A DNA stretch of 64,000 nucleotides from Candidatus Obscuribacterales bacterium (GTDB taxonomy: Bacteria; Cyanobacteriota; Vampirovibrionia; Obscuribacterales; Obscuribacteraceae), in NCBI GenBank assembly GCA_965228855.1, contig CBDDIJ010000003.1, forward strand, positions 2,880,001-2,944,000, in the 5' to 3' direction. Below are positions 28,599 through 38,778 of the stretch, piece after piece; position 1 is the stretch's first letter; every line of letters begins with the position of its first letter. The translations under genes were made by a program, and so were the position numbers. The notes beneath the pieces are model-generated. The model saw nothing but the letters and a program-made list of their open reading frames with translations. It did not search any database and was not told where the DNA came from.

Positions 28599-29195
28599 AT
28601 GAAGATGAAGTTGAGATTCTATCCGGACCCAGTGCTGAAGCAGAAGGCTAAAAAAATTACAACCTTCGATCACTCGGTCAGGAAGCTCGCCCAAGACATG
28701 CTCGACACGATGTACGAGGAAGATGGCGTCGGTTTGGCAGCGCCTCAGGTCGGTGTTTCGAAGCAAATCATGGTCATTGACGTGAATGCAGGTGATGAGG
28801 ACGAAACCCGCAAGCCAATCGTTTTCATCAATCCCGTTATCATCGAGCGCGAAGGTGAGATGGTCGGTCAGGAAGGTTGCTTGAGCTTTCCCGGTGTTTT
28901 CTTCGAAGTGAAGAGAGCTCGTCGCATCGTAGTTCGCTATCAAAACCTCGCAGGGAAAGATTTGAAATTAGAAGCTGCGGACAATCTGCTGTGCCGGGCA
29001 ATTCAACATGAGATCGACCATCTGACCGGCGAACTGTTCATAGACAAAGCATCGTCGGCGCTGCAACGCGACCTTGAGATGACGAAAAACGGTTTCATGG
29101 AGGGTGACGTAGACGCCATGGAAGCCGAACTCAAAGAAGAAAAAGGCACCACCATCAAATTGCCGCAAACGCAGCAAGAACCGGTAATAGGCTAG
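28599..29195 (+). CDS. def: Peptide deformylase
   Basis: GVGLAAPQVG, EGCLS and QHEIDHL motifs. Confidence 0.97.
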   Translation: MKMKLRFYPDPVLKQKAKKITTFDHSVRKLAQDMLDTMYEEDGVGLAAPQVGVSKQIMVIDVNAGDEDETRKPIVFINPVIIEREGEMVGQEGCLSFPGVFFEVKRARRIVVRYQNLAGKDLKLEAADNLLCRAIQHEIDHLTGELFIDKASSALQRDLEMTKNGFMEGDVDAMEAELKEEKGTTIKLPQTQQEPVIG

Positions 29196-29217
29196 AAGAC
29201 CCGGACAGGTATAAATC

Positions 29218-29541
29218 ATGTTCTGGAGTTTCCACGAAAATGCAGGCAGCTTGAGCCATATGCTCAAAGGCTGGCACAGAGCCATTTTTCGAATCCCTGT
29301 GACCAAGCATTTCGATGCGCTCGCACAGAAAACCGACAGGATTCGCTTGCTTCTGGATGACGATCAAAAGCCGGTTGGCTGTAAATCGTGCGGATATGCG
29401 ATTGCTCGCTTGCTTTACGCTGACGGATGGGAAGTTGAAGCTTGTAGCGCGATCACGGCGCCCAAGCTGGTCGGCAACAAAGAATTTGAACAATGGGTAG
29501 AAACCATGCCGCAACATCGCATCACAAGCGATGTCCGGTAA
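29218..29541 (+). CDS. Small hypothetical protein with a CxxC motif
   Basis: 107-aa ORF filling the def-rapZ gap on the same strand; contains CKSCG. Start uncertain. Confidence 0.5.
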   Translation: MFWSFHENAGSLSHMLKGWHRAIFRIPVTKHFDALAQKTDRIRLLLDDDQKPVGCKSCGYAIARLLYADGWEVEACSAITAPKLVGNKEFEQWVETMPQHRITSDVR

Positions 29542-29554
29542 CGTTGCACCTCGA

Positions 29555-29583
29555 TTGCCTCAAGGCAAATTTGTCACTATACT
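29555..29583 (+). promoter_or_regulatory. Sigma70-type promoter with an overlapping palindrome
   Basis: TTGCCT-N17-TATACT; the inverted repeat TTGCCT-ca-AGGCAA (29555-29568) covers the -35. Confidence 0.55.
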
Positions 29584-29606
29584 TCTGATAGAGCACCGCG
29601 AAGAAC

Positions 29607-30071
29607 GTGAATATGTCTGACTCACAAGGAAATAACGCTAAAGCACCACTGACGGTGGAGATAGTATCGTTCGGCTTCAAATACGGCACGCCGCCGATTG
29701 CGAATATATCGCTTGATGTGCGGTTCTTAAAGAACCCCTACTGGGTCGATGAGCTGCGTCCGCTTACCGGGCTCGATGAACCTGTGCGCAAATATGTTCT
29801 CGATCAGGGTCTAGCACAGGATGTGCTGGAGAATCTGGAGAAGCTTGTCGAGCATACCGTGCCTGCAATGCTGAAAGTAAAATCAAACTCCTTTGTGATC
29901 GCTCTGGGTTGCACGGGCGGACAACATCGCTCACCTGCAATGGTGGAAGCTCTAGCAGAGCGAGTTCGCAGTCGCTTTTCGCAGTACCAGGTCACGAGCG
30001 GACACAGAGAATTAGAGCGCATGCACGACGATAAAACAGCGTCGCTCACCGCTCAGGGGAGCGCGAGCTAG
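29607..30071 (+). CDS. rapZ: Stand-alone RapZ/YvcJ C-terminal domain protein
   Basis: SFGFKYG, DVRFLKNPYW..LRPLTGLD, GCTGGQHRS and HREL motifs. The N-terminal P-loop domain is absent. Confidence 0.88.
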   Translation: MNMSDSQGNNAKAPLTVEIVSFGFKYGTPPIANISLDVRFLKNPYWVDELRPLTGLDEPVRKYVLDQGLAQDVLENLEKLVEHTVPAMLKVKSNSFVIALGCTGGQHRSPAMVEALAERVRSRFSQYQVTSGHRELERMHDDKTASLTAQGSAS

Positions 30072-31496
30072 TTGATGAAACACACCCTCGATCACCAGCT
30101 GAAACGACTCATGCTACCAGGCTTGAAACGCTGGATATGCATCAGTTTATTCGGTATCGCGGTGATCGTTATCGGAGCCCTTTTGCTTCTGGGCTACCAC
30201 CCGATCACAGTCACAGGTATGTTCATGCGCGAAGTGCTTGAGCATGCCGCAGATGTTTTACCACACAGAATAAGTGGACTGATGGTCATACTTGGCGGAG
30301 CGATTTTGATCTTCGCATCGACCCAGAAGATGATTAGAAACGTGCTTCGCGCCTACGTCTCGGATGACGAACGCGAATCGATTCCGGACGTTTTGTACAA
30401 ACGCCGGCATCTGGATCGCGGCGCAAGAGTTGTCGTCATCGGTGGTGGCACCGGTCTGTCGACTTTGCTTCGAGGATTGAAAAACTTCACGACCAACATC
30501 ACTGCAATCGTGACAGTTGGAGACGATGGCGGCAGTTCCGGCCGACTGAGGCAGACACTGGGGATAGTACCACCAGGCGACATCCGCAACTGTATAACAG
30601 CTCTCGCCGATGAAGAAAAACTGGTCACGGAACTGTTCTCCTACAGATTCGAACAGGGTGACGGACTGGAAGGGCACAGCTTCGGAAATCTATTTCTCAC
30701 GGCTGTCTACTCTATGACGGACGGCGACATGCTGGAAGCCGCTCGCGTGGCGGCCAGGGTTTTGAACAGCAGGGGAACGGTTTTACCTTCTACCTTGACA
30801 CCGATTCAATTGATTGCCGAATTCGAGGATGGCAGCAAAGCAGCCGGAGAGTCTCAAATTCCGCTTGCTCAAAAGAAAATTCATCGGCTGACCTTTGAAC
30901 CGGCAACTACCAAACCGACACCGGAAGCGATTGAAGCGATAATGGACGCGGAACTAATCGTTCTCGGTCCGGGAAGCCTGTACACCTCGATTATTCCGAA
31001 TCTTCTGGTACCCGGCATTGCTGATGCAATTAAACTGTCGCCCGCCAGAAAAATATACGTATCGAACGTGTTGACGCAGATTGGAGAGACAATCGACTAC
31101 TCCGTGGGAGATCACGTGCAGGCGCTGCTGGATCACTCGAAAACAATTGTCGGCGAAGGACAAAACTTGATTGAAGCCGTAATCGTAAACGACCGCATCC
31201 CGATAATCCCATCAGACTCGACAGCCAATGCCGTACTGCTGGACGCGGAGCGCGTCGAAGGTCTGGGCGTAAGCGTGGTCCACAGCCCGCTCGTCGGTGA
31301 GAAGACCTTCGGACATCACGACTCCGCAATGCTTGCCAAAGCTATTATCGAGTGGTTCGAGCGCGAGAAGAAAATTCCTAAAATGCAGAAAGCGACTTCA
31401 GCAACCGTCCACGACGCTGATGACGAGCAAAGTTCCGAATCGACTCACGACTCAACAGCAGCAGTCGAAGAAGAGCGTAAAGCTCAAGTCGTTTGA
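30072..31496 (+). CDS. yvcK: YvcK/GlmR (UDP-GlcNAc-binding, CofD-like) protein with N-terminal TM helices
   Basis: GGGTGLS, DDGGSSG.LR, PPGDIRN, GHSFGN and GPGSLYTSIIPNL motifs; PGLKRW plus TM extension as in cyanobacterial homologs. Confidence 0.93.
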   Translation: MMKHTLDHQLKRLMLPGLKRWICISLFGIAVIVIGALLLLGYHPITVTGMFMREVLEHAADVLPHRISGLMVILGGAILIFASTQKMIRNVLRAYVSDDERESIPDVLYKRRHLDRGARVVVIGGGTGLSTLLRGLKNFTTNITAIVTVGDDGGSSGRLRQTLGIVPPGDIRNCITALADEEKLVTELFSYRFEQGDGLEGHSFGNLFLTAVYSMTDGDMLEAARVAARVLNSRGTVLPSTLTPIQLIAEFEDGSKAAGESQIPLAQKKIHRLTFEPATTKPTPEAIEAIMDAELIVLGPGSLYTSIIPNLLVPGIADAIKLSPARKIYVSNVLTQIGETIDYSVGDHVQALLDHSKTIVGEGQNLIEAVIVNDRIPIIPSDSTANAVLLDAERVEGLGVSVVHSPLVGEKTFGHHDSAMLAKAIIEWFEREKKIPKMQKATSATVHDADDEQSSESTHDSTAAVEEERKAQVV

Positions 31497-31610
31497 TCTG
31501 CGAAGTTTAGAAGTTTAAACAAACATTCGGGAAACATTCGCCGTTTCGGACTTTCGCAACGAAGCTAGCATATAATTAGCACCTCGATTTATTACCAGTG
31601 GAGGTGCTGA

Positions 31611-32120
31611 ATGGCTTCGACAGACGTGAGCGCGATGGATCCCGCATTGAAGGAGCGCATCGGCGGCGCCATTGGAAGGATGGCGAGTGGCGTTTACATC
31701 ATTACCGTCGAGGACGAACAGGGTCGCGAAGGGATGCTCGCCACCTGGGTCACGCAAGCCGCGTTTGCACCGCCCTCAGTGACGATCTCAGTCAACAATG
31801 CTCGCCCCATCCTCAGCCGGCTGAAGAAAGGCGCCAAGGCGTCATTGAACGTGCTGGCAAAAACCAACAACGACATCTTCAAGAATTTCGTCAAGCCTCA
31901 CACCGAAGGCATGGACAGATTCGAAGGACTCGATCTTGTTGAGAACGACGGCTTCCCGCCTTCGTTTGCAAACTGCATTTCTTCTATGTTGCTGGAGATC
32001 TCTAACGTCGTCGACGCAGGCGATCACCAGGTAGTCATCGCCGAAGTCAAAGACGGCAAGTTACTCAACAAAGACTTGGAACCAATGACTCACCTCCGCA
32101 ATAGCGGCTTCCAATACTAA
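31611..32120 (+). CDS. Flavin reductase-like family protein
   Basis: SGVYIIT, LATWVTQAAF.PP, AGDH and C-terminal H.RNSG..Y motifs; GGAGG RBS. Confidence 0.9.
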   Translation: MASTDVSAMDPALKERIGGAIGRMASGVYIITVEDEQGREGMLATWVTQAAFAPPSVTISVNNARPILSRLKKGAKASLNVLAKTNNDIFKNFVKPHTEGMDRFEGLDLVENDGFPPSFANCISSMLLEISNVVDAGDHQVVIAEVKDGKLLNKDLEPMTHLRNSGFQY

Positions 32121-32133
32121 TCGAGGCTTTTCA

Positions 32134-32694
32134 ATGAATATCCAATCGTTTTTGAAACCGACCACATCGTTGCTGTTGATTGTTGCATGCAGTTTCGCGC
32201 TCAGCGGCTGTGGAGGCGGTTCTGAAGACGGCTGGAAGACCATAAATCCCCCGGGCACGCAATGCACCTTCGAACTTCCCGAGCCGGTCGAGAATCCGTC
32301 TCGGGAAGGCTATAAGTTGTATCAAACTACATTCGGAGGACAGACTGGCGGCGATCCGGCAAAGGCGAAAACGATTCAAGTCGGAATTTTTCCAAGGACA
32401 GGGCCGGTCGGCAGTCCGGAAGCCGAAGCAGAAATATTGAATCAGTTTGAAAAAGAATCGATTCCCCAATTTCAAAACAAATTGGTGGAACAGGGCTTCA
32501 GCCCAACCCTCGAATTCCTCGGAGATCTGGCTGTCAAAGACGGGCTGGGACAGGAAATAAAAATCCTGGCGAACGGACCGTTTATAACTATGCTGTACTA
32601 CATCACGCCTCGCGGAATGTACATGGTCAAAATCGACAATGCCGATGACACCGATCCGGTGATCAAGCGATTCATGGACTCTTTCGAGCCATAG
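32134..32694 (+). CDS. Lipoprotein of unknown function
   Basis: Lipobox ALSG-C after a hydrophobic leader. Confidence 0.75.
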   Translation: MNIQSFLKPTTSLLLIVACSFALSGCGGGSEDGWKTINPPGTQCTFELPEPVENPSREGYKLYQTTFGGQTGGDPAKAKTIQVGIFPRTGPVGSPEAEAEILNQFEKESIPQFQNKLVEQGFSPTLEFLGDLAVKDGLGQEIKILANGPFITMLYYITPRGMYMVKIDNADDTDPVIKRFMDSFEP

Positions 32695-32752
32695 ATTTAG
32701 TTCGTTCGCTCAAATAAAGAAACTATCCAATTCGAGGCGCGTCGTAAACGAC

Positions 32753-33694
32753 TCAAGATGCGTTTGCGCTTATCGTCTGCCTATCCCCGAAAGTGCTGTC
32801 GAGAACTTCCATCGCCTCCTCGTACCCCTGCCGGATCAGACGGCGCGAGCGTTCCGGATGTATGTCGAGGAGATTGGTGTTAACTGGCTTTCTGGGCTGA
32901 AACACATGAATTTTGACGTTCTTTCTGCCGCGCGATTCGTCGGAACCGGAGGCGATAAGCCGATTGTAGAGCTCAGCTGTTTCAATCTCTTTGCGGGCTG
33001 AAGCTTCAAGGACGATGTCGAGGCAACGAACAAGCACCTCGAACATATTGACCGGGCAAACATTAATCTTCTCAGGATGGAGGAGAACCATGTAGACCTC
33101 GTCGGCGCCCATCTGTATCGCTGTCTCAACCGGCGTGTTACGCACTAGACCACCGTCGACCCAGAGTCCTTTGCCCTGGATATGGCGAGGAGGAAAAGCC
33201 ATCGGAATAGCCGAAGTCGCCATCAACACATCGATCAGTTCGTTAGTTGAAACAATATCGTCGATCGTAATTAACCGCGTTTCCAAACTGCAGAGGTCGG
33301 TTGTACACCAGCCAATTTTGGTTTTGCTCGCTTTGAGCTTTTGCAAATCGACTTCCCGACGAAGAACATCCTCGAGCGGACGCGTATCGAGCAAGCCCAG
33401 TTTATGCCCTAAAACAAGCCTTCCGATCTGATGAGCGGAAGGCAAAGAAAAAACGTCTTTTCCACGGATGTTGCACCATAGATCCTCAAGGCGCTTCATA
33501 TTTCCCTGCGCCATTAAGGTGGCATTGATGCCGCCGATGCTGGTCCCGAAAGCCAGATCGAACTCGATTCCTCGTTCTTGAAGAGCTTTCGAGACTCCGA
33601 CCTGGTAGGCTCCGCGACCGCCGCCACCTGGAAGGACAAGAGCACGAAAGGGTCGGTCGCCATTTTTGGAGCCGTTGTCTTCTGGTGTTGCCAT
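32753..33694 (-). CDS. Patatin-like phospholipase
   Basis: GGGGRG oxyanion loop, GTSIG nucleophile elbow and DGG motif. Confidence 0.93.
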   Translation of the reverse strand: MATPEDNGSKNGDRPFRALVLPGGGGRGAYQVGVSKALQERGIEFDLAFGTSIGGINATLMAQGNMKRLEDLWCNIRGKDVFSLPSAHQIGRLVLGHKLGLLDTRPLEDVLRREVDLQKLKASKTKIGWCTTDLCSLETRLITIDDIVSTNELIDVLMATSAIPMAFPPRHIQGKGLWVDGGLVRNTPVETAIQMGADEVYMVLLHPEKINVCPVNMFEVLVRCLDIVLEASARKEIETAELYNRLIASGSDESRGRKNVKIHVFQPRKPVNTNLLDIHPERSRRLIRQGYEEAMEVLDSTFGDRQTISANAS

Positions 33695-33913
33695 GCTGCC
33701 TGTCTCTCTGAGTTCCTAAATCCTTATCCCAGTCTATCCTATAACAACTATTGTGAGTCGTTAATAGCTCCAGAAAAATTTTGGCAGCTCCGGATGTGCC
33801 GAATAACGCCGTGTGTCATACTTGTGCGGTTCAGAGAGACCGAGCACTTTTGAATTTCTCTTCCGACAAAACGGTCGCTTATTGTAGACGTACGCAGCAA
33901 AGTTTATACCTCA

Positions 33914-34513
33914 GTGCCAACATCGGATATGTCGTCGTCAACCAACATTCAGAACTTTGCGGACCGCCAGGAAGATACGGTCAGGGTGATCGTTCAGCGT
34001 TTAATCTTTATATCGAGCGCAGTAATCTTCTCCTGGTTCGTCCTCGCAATGATTCTGCACTTCACCTCGTTTCCCGCATTGCAACCGCCCCCGGACGGGC
34101 AGCCCGTCCAGGGTCCGGCCATCTTGAGCGTGAGAATTGGGGCGGGACTGCTGATTACTCATTATCTCGCCACCACTTTCATTCAGATGTTCGCAGCGCG
34201 CCGTTTGGTACGAGGTCGGCTGATAAGTAACACCATGTTTGGTGGCTTGATTTTGGCCATCTGTGTAGCCATCTCGATTGCTGCCAATCTCATACCACCA
34301 GATGCGATACCATATCTCAAGCAGGCCATCGCAATTGCCTATGGACCGTCATTTGTGATCGCAAACTTTTTGCTCTGCACGCTGTGCGGTTTTTTCGTCT
34401 ATAGATTTAGAGAGCTACCTCTTGCATGCATGATTGAACTTTACTGGAGCCTCGGTCTGATGTTTCTTCTCGGACTTGCAATCGCTTTGCTTATGGCTAT
34501 TGCTCAAGCTTGA
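33914..34513 (+). CDS. Membrane protein (about 5 TM), unknown function
   Basis: Multiple hydrophobic segments; start uncertain. Confidence 0.65.
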   Translation: MPTSDMSSSTNIQNFADRQEDTVRVIVQRLIFISSAVIFSWFVLAMILHFTSFPALQPPPDGQPVQGPAILSVRIGAGLLITHYLATTFIQMFAARRLVRGRLISNTMFGGLILAICVAISIAANLIPPDAIPYLKQAIAIAYGPSFVIANFLLCTLCGFFVYRFRELPLACMIELYWSLGLMFLLGLAIALLMAIAQA

Positions 34514-34699
34514 AACGTAAAACCATTGCAAAATAATCGTTCAGCGAAGCTTAATGGATCGCGCAACTCCAGAGCAGTCCAAGAATTCAGCCCTTTCCAG
34601 CTAATTGAAGATATCTTGAGAACATAACTTCAATTAGGAATTTAGCCATTGCCCACGTGTTAGTCTGAACAGACTCGCTTAAGAGTCACTGCAAGCGGA

Positions 34700-35476
34700 G
34701 TGGAATCAATGGACGATCAAGACATCAAAGAAGCACTTCTGCGGCTGGAAGAACGACAGGAAAAAATCCTGGCAGAGTACGCAGCCGCCAACAAGAAGAG
34801 GGATTTGTGGGACAAGATTTCCGCGATCAGTCCAATTATCTCCGGTATGGCAATTGCCTTGAGCGCCTTGCTGTGCACATATCAATACAATCAACAACAG
34901 ATTAAACTGCAAGAAGCTCAAACTGTGGAGCGATTCATTCCTCACTTGATGGGAAATGATACAAGTAAGCGCATGGCGATTCTGGCTATGAAAACGCTCG
35001 TCAATACCGACCTGGCCGCAAAGTACGCAGCTATGTTTCCCAGTGAGGGAACGATGTCTGCGTTAAAACAGATTGCAAAAACCGGCGATCGCCAGGACAA
35101 AGAAATCATCTACAAATACCTCCAAAAGGCGGAAGACGATCAGAATAATAAACCGAAAGTTGCCGATCAAAGTTCAGAACAGACCCAAAGCGAAACTACT
35201 GCAGCACCTGCGCATACAGATCAGCCGCAACAATTGGGAGCCTCCGTTGCGCCAGCAGACACGACGGACGCCGCGAAGGTAGATGCCACCATCCCTGGTG
35301 ACAAAGTGAAAACCCAATCGCGCCCCTATTTCACAGAGGAAACTGGAACCTTCGACGCGCCAAAACACGAAGTCGACACTGGTAAACCGATGCACCAAGA
35401 CAAGATGGGACATCCGGACAGATCGTCTTCCAAGATTCCGTCGACAACCGGCGATGAAAATTCGTACGATCTCTAA
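34700..35476 (+). CDS. Single-TM hypothetical protein with a disordered C-terminus
   Basis: 258-aa ORF with RDLWDK followed by a TM helix and coiled coil. Confidence 0.7.
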   Translation: MESMDDQDIKEALLRLEERQEKILAEYAAANKKRDLWDKISAISPIISGMAIALSALLCTYQYNQQQIKLQEAQTVERFIPHLMGNDTSKRMAILAMKTLVNTDLAAKYAAMFPSEGTMSALKQIAKTGDRQDKEIIYKYLQKAEDDQNNKPKVADQSSEQTQSETTAAPAHTDQPQQLGASVAPADTTDAAKVDATIPGDKVKTQSRPYFTEETGTFDAPKHEVDTGKPMHQDKMGHPDRSSSKIPSTTGDENSYDL

Positions 35477-35477
35477 G

Positions 35478-36386
35478 TCACGTCCCGTTTTTTTGCGGAG
35501 AATTAGAATCTCTTGCAGGCGGTTTCGTCGTGCCTGACGGTTTCGAAGACGGGGCACCGTAGTTTCGAATGTACAGATTCGTGCCGCGCGGATCGAGCTT
35601 TGGTGCGCTCTTAGAATTCTTTTCCATCATCAAAGATTTCAAAGAGTCAGCTGTATCATGCACGCCACTGGATTTCTTGACGATGTTGCCCATCCGACGA
35701 TTTTTCTCTTCGATCAGTTGCTTAGTGTGATTCAAATGATTCATGGCTTCCGAGGTCAAATGCAGGTCTTCAGGATTGGCGCGCAATAACGCGTCGACTA
35801 CCGAATTGCGAGACTTGGCGATGTTTTCGTCTTGAATGCGAACCATCTCGATATCCTTCGGCGATAAATTCTTCACGTCAAATGCAGCATCGGCAGCCTG
35901 TTTTCTAAGCAGTTCGAGAGACTTTTCGAAAACCGGGTCGATCTTCGGCTCTTGCTTTGTGTTTTTCTTAGGCTCGACACGCTTAGTGACATTGTCGTCA
36001 TAGTTGTCGGCGCCCATGTACGAAAGTGCAAGATGCGAAAGCATACCAGCCTCTTCTTTTGGCGCTAGAGCGTATGCAATCCTGAATTCTCTGATCGCCG
36101 ATTCGCGCTGACGCATTCCAACGAGAGCATTCGCCATGTAATAGTGCAAGGTGGCATTATCGAAATCAGTGTTCAATGCCAATGCAAATTCGGTCATAGA
36201 ACCGCGGAAGTTCCCCTTCTTATAAAGCTCAATGCCGTCCTTCAAATGCGGATTGCGATTACTATGTTTTGCCACGGGCGGTGTTCCATCTACAGCCTGC
36301 GCCGAGGCGGAAAACAGAATGAAAACCGCCGGTACGCCAATCACTAGCAGCGATAGTTCGCGGTTAGCATGACTTCCTTTACTCAT
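35478..36386 (-). CDS. Exported TPR-containing protein
   Basis: Signal-like N-terminus; TPR segments GIELYKKGNF and HYYMANALVGM....AIREFRIAYALAP. Confidence 0.75.
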   Translation of the reverse strand: MSKGSHANRELSLLVIGVPAVFILFSASAQAVDGTPPVAKHSNRNPHLKDGIELYKKGNFRGSMTEFALALNTDFDNATLHYYMANALVGMRQRESAIREFRIAYALAPKEEAGMLSHLALSYMGADNYDDNVTKRVEPKKNTKQEPKIDPVFEKSLELLRKQAADAAFDVKNLSPKDIEMVRIQDENIAKSRNSVVDALLRANPEDLHLTSEAMNHLNHTKQLIEEKNRRMGNIVKKSSGVHDTADSLKSLMMEKNSKSAPKLDPRGTNLYIRNYGAPSSKPSGTTKPPARDSNSPQKNGT

Positions 36387-36473
36387 AGTTCGAAAACCCT
36401 GGTGTCGCTAACTGGCTTCACTGTTATTCCCAAGATCTCTGGTCTATCCACCTTCAATCACTGGAGCGTTTCT

Positions 36474-37616
36474 CTAACGACCGCGCGGATTATGATCTAC
36501 AAGGGCCGAGAGAAACGATTGCACAGGCGAATAGCCGGCAGTGATGCTGCCTTCTTCATCGGCATCGAAATCTTCGTCATACCCATCTTGCCGTCGCGGC
36601 GCGAAATCATCATCGCCACCACCGCCGGTGCGCTTGGCTCGAAATACGAACTTATCATGCCCGCAATGCTCGCACACGACTTCGGTGGAACCGGATGACT
36701 CGCGAAGCACGACGTGCTTTCCCGTGGGAGAGCGCTCTCCGGAAACTTCCGGCTCGAAGGAACTATCTCCGTCATCAGAATCAGCGAGTAAGTTGCGCTC
36801 TGTACGCTCCTGATTTCGCCGAACCAGGCGTTTTCTTCGCGAAATTCCGCTTGCTCTGCGTTTGTCCATTTTATGTTTGTGTCGATTGATAGCATCGCCG
36901 AAAGCGGCAGCGAGAATACCGGCGGGCATAGCGATTAAACCGATACCGGCAAGCGCAGTTATACCGCTCACAACCTTCCCGAGCACGGTCTGCGGGAAAA
37001 CATCACCGTAGCCCACCGTTGTGAGTGTGATGATGCCCCACCATAGAGCACGTGGAATGCTGCGAAAATTGTCATCAGGCTCCACCACCCACATGATCGT
37101 AGATGCGCCCAATAGCACAAGACAGGTGAGTATCAGTGAAAAGACCAGCTCATGGCGGCGGCTGAATACAGCTTCGCGGACCAGTTGAAACGCCTGCGAA
37201 TAGCGCGCAGCCTTTGCTAAAGCCAGGATTCTAAATAATCGAATAAAGCGTGCGACGAAGAGATTGGAACTACTGGTTACGAAGAACGGCACGATAACCA
37301 GCAAATCAATAAGCGCATATGGCGTGACCATGTATCGGAGTCGCCCGATGAAACCTCGATATTTCTTGCGCTCGCCGACACTCCAGAGACGAAGCGCGTA
37401 TTCGACAGCGAAGAAACAGCCGGCGATAAAATCGAGCGATCTAAAAGTATGTTTGTACTGAATGTAGAACGGCTTCTCTGTTTCGATAATAACCAGAAAC
37501 ACGCTGAGACAAATGACCGTGAAGATCAGTTTGTTCAACAGTGATAAGCCTTCATGTTCCCAAGAACGCTGATAAAGCTGTTTGTAGACTATTCGGCGCA
37601 GGGACATCCGTTCCAA
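36474..37616 (-). CDS. Voltage-gated-type K+ channel (6 TM)
   Basis: Selectivity filter TTVGYGD, S4-like RFIRLFRILALAK and S6 IAMPAGIL. Confidence 0.93.
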   Translation of the reverse strand: MERMSLRRIVYKQLYQRSWEHEGLSLLNKLIFTVICLSVFLVIIETEKPFYIQYKHTFRSLDFIAGCFFAVEYALRLWSVGERKKYRGFIGRLRYMVTPYALIDLLVIVPFFVTSSSNLFVARFIRLFRILALAKAARYSQAFQLVREAVFSRRHELVFSLILTCLVLLGASTIMWVVEPDDNFRSIPRALWWGIITLTTVGYGDVFPQTVLGKVVSGITALAGIGLIAMPAGILAAAFGDAINRHKHKMDKRRASGISRRKRLVRRNQERTERNLLADSDDGDSSFEPEVSGERSPTGKHVVLRESSGSTEVVCEHCGHDKFVFRAKRTGGGGDDDFAPRRQDGYDEDFDADEEGSITAGYSPVQSFLSALVDHNPRGR

Positions 37617-37848
37617 AATCCAGCCAGAACTGAAGGGCTCATTATCCTATATCTTTGAAACCCTGTCGAGGCGCCTAGTTTAACGCAATTAAATGAACAG
37701 GCGAGCACCTGCTTTTCACCCGCTACTTTTGTTTACGAAGCGCTAATCTGCGAAACCTCGTGGCCGGTCACGCATCAACCTCGCAAGAGATCAGAAACGG
37801 CAGACCGAAGCCTGCCGTTCCCACACTATTCTATTTTCCTAATTGCGC

Positions 37849-38730
37849 TCAGGCTTTGGCAGGCGTCTTCAGCAGGTCACCTGCTAGTTTTGCCACTTCA
37901 GCCGGCGTGAGAGCGACGTGCATGCCGTTAGCTTTGAATGCTGCGAGTTTGCTGTCCGCCGTTCCCTTGCCACCGGATATGATGGCACCTGCGTGGCCCA
38001 TACGTTTTCCGGGAGGAGCGGTTTGTCCGGCGATGAAGCCGACAACCGGTTTCTTCACGTTCTTCTTGATGAACTCGGCGGCTGCTTCCTCGGCGGTTCC
38101 GCCAATTTCTCCGACGAGTACGATGACATCGGTGTCTTTGTCATCGTTGAACATTTGAAGCAGTTCCTGATAGCCCATGCCCTTGATCGGGTCGCCGCCG
38201 ATGCCGACGCAGGTGCTCTGACCGAGACCGGCATCAGTAAGTGCAAGCGCGATTTCATAGGTGAGCGTTCCAGAACGGCTGATCATGCCGACTTTGCCAG
38301 GCGAGAAGATTTGACCTGGAAGGATGCCTATCAAGCACTGACCCGGTGTGATAACGCCAGGGCAGTTGGGACCGACCAGACGCGCGCCTTTCGCTTTGAC
38401 GGCGGCGACGAGTTTAGCAGTATCCTGCGGAGGCATGCCTTCGGTGATGAGCACGAGCAATTCGACGCCTGCATCGAGCGCCTCAAGACCGGCATCCAGT
38501 GCCAGGTATGGTGGCACGAAGATGACGCTGGTCGTGGCGCCTGTTGTCTCAACAGCTTCTCTTACGCTGTCGAAAACGGGCAGACCATGAACTTCCGTGC
38601 CGCCCTTGCCAGGTGTGACGCCGGCAACAATTTTGGTTCCATACGCAATCATGCGCTTCATGTGCGAGGAGCCCATCTTGCCTGTAGCCCCTTGAACAAT
38701 CACTTTAGTGTTCTTATCGATGAGAATCAC
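37849..38730 (-). CDS. sucD: Succinyl-CoA ligase alpha subunit
   Basis: [20 protein letters not shown] and phospho-His motif MGHAGA. Confidence 0.97.
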   Translation of the reverse strand: MILIDKNTKVIVQGATGKMGSSHMKRMIAYGTKIVAGVTPGKGGTEVHGLPVFDSVREAVETTGATTSVIFVPPYLALDAGLEALDAGVELLVLITEGMPPQDTAKLVAAVKAKGARLVGPNCPGVITPGQCLIGILPGQIFSPGKVGMISRSGTLTYEIALALTDAGLGQSTCVGIGGDPIKGMGYQELLQMFNDDKDTDVIVLVGEIGGTAEEAAAEFIKKNVKKPVVGFIAGQTAPPGKRMGHAGAIISGGKGTADSKLAAFKANGMHVALTPAEVAKLAGDLLKTPAKA

Positions 38731-38778
38731 TTCTGTTCTCCTTGTGGTTTCTCTTCAGTTTCAACAAAATTTTCGGAC

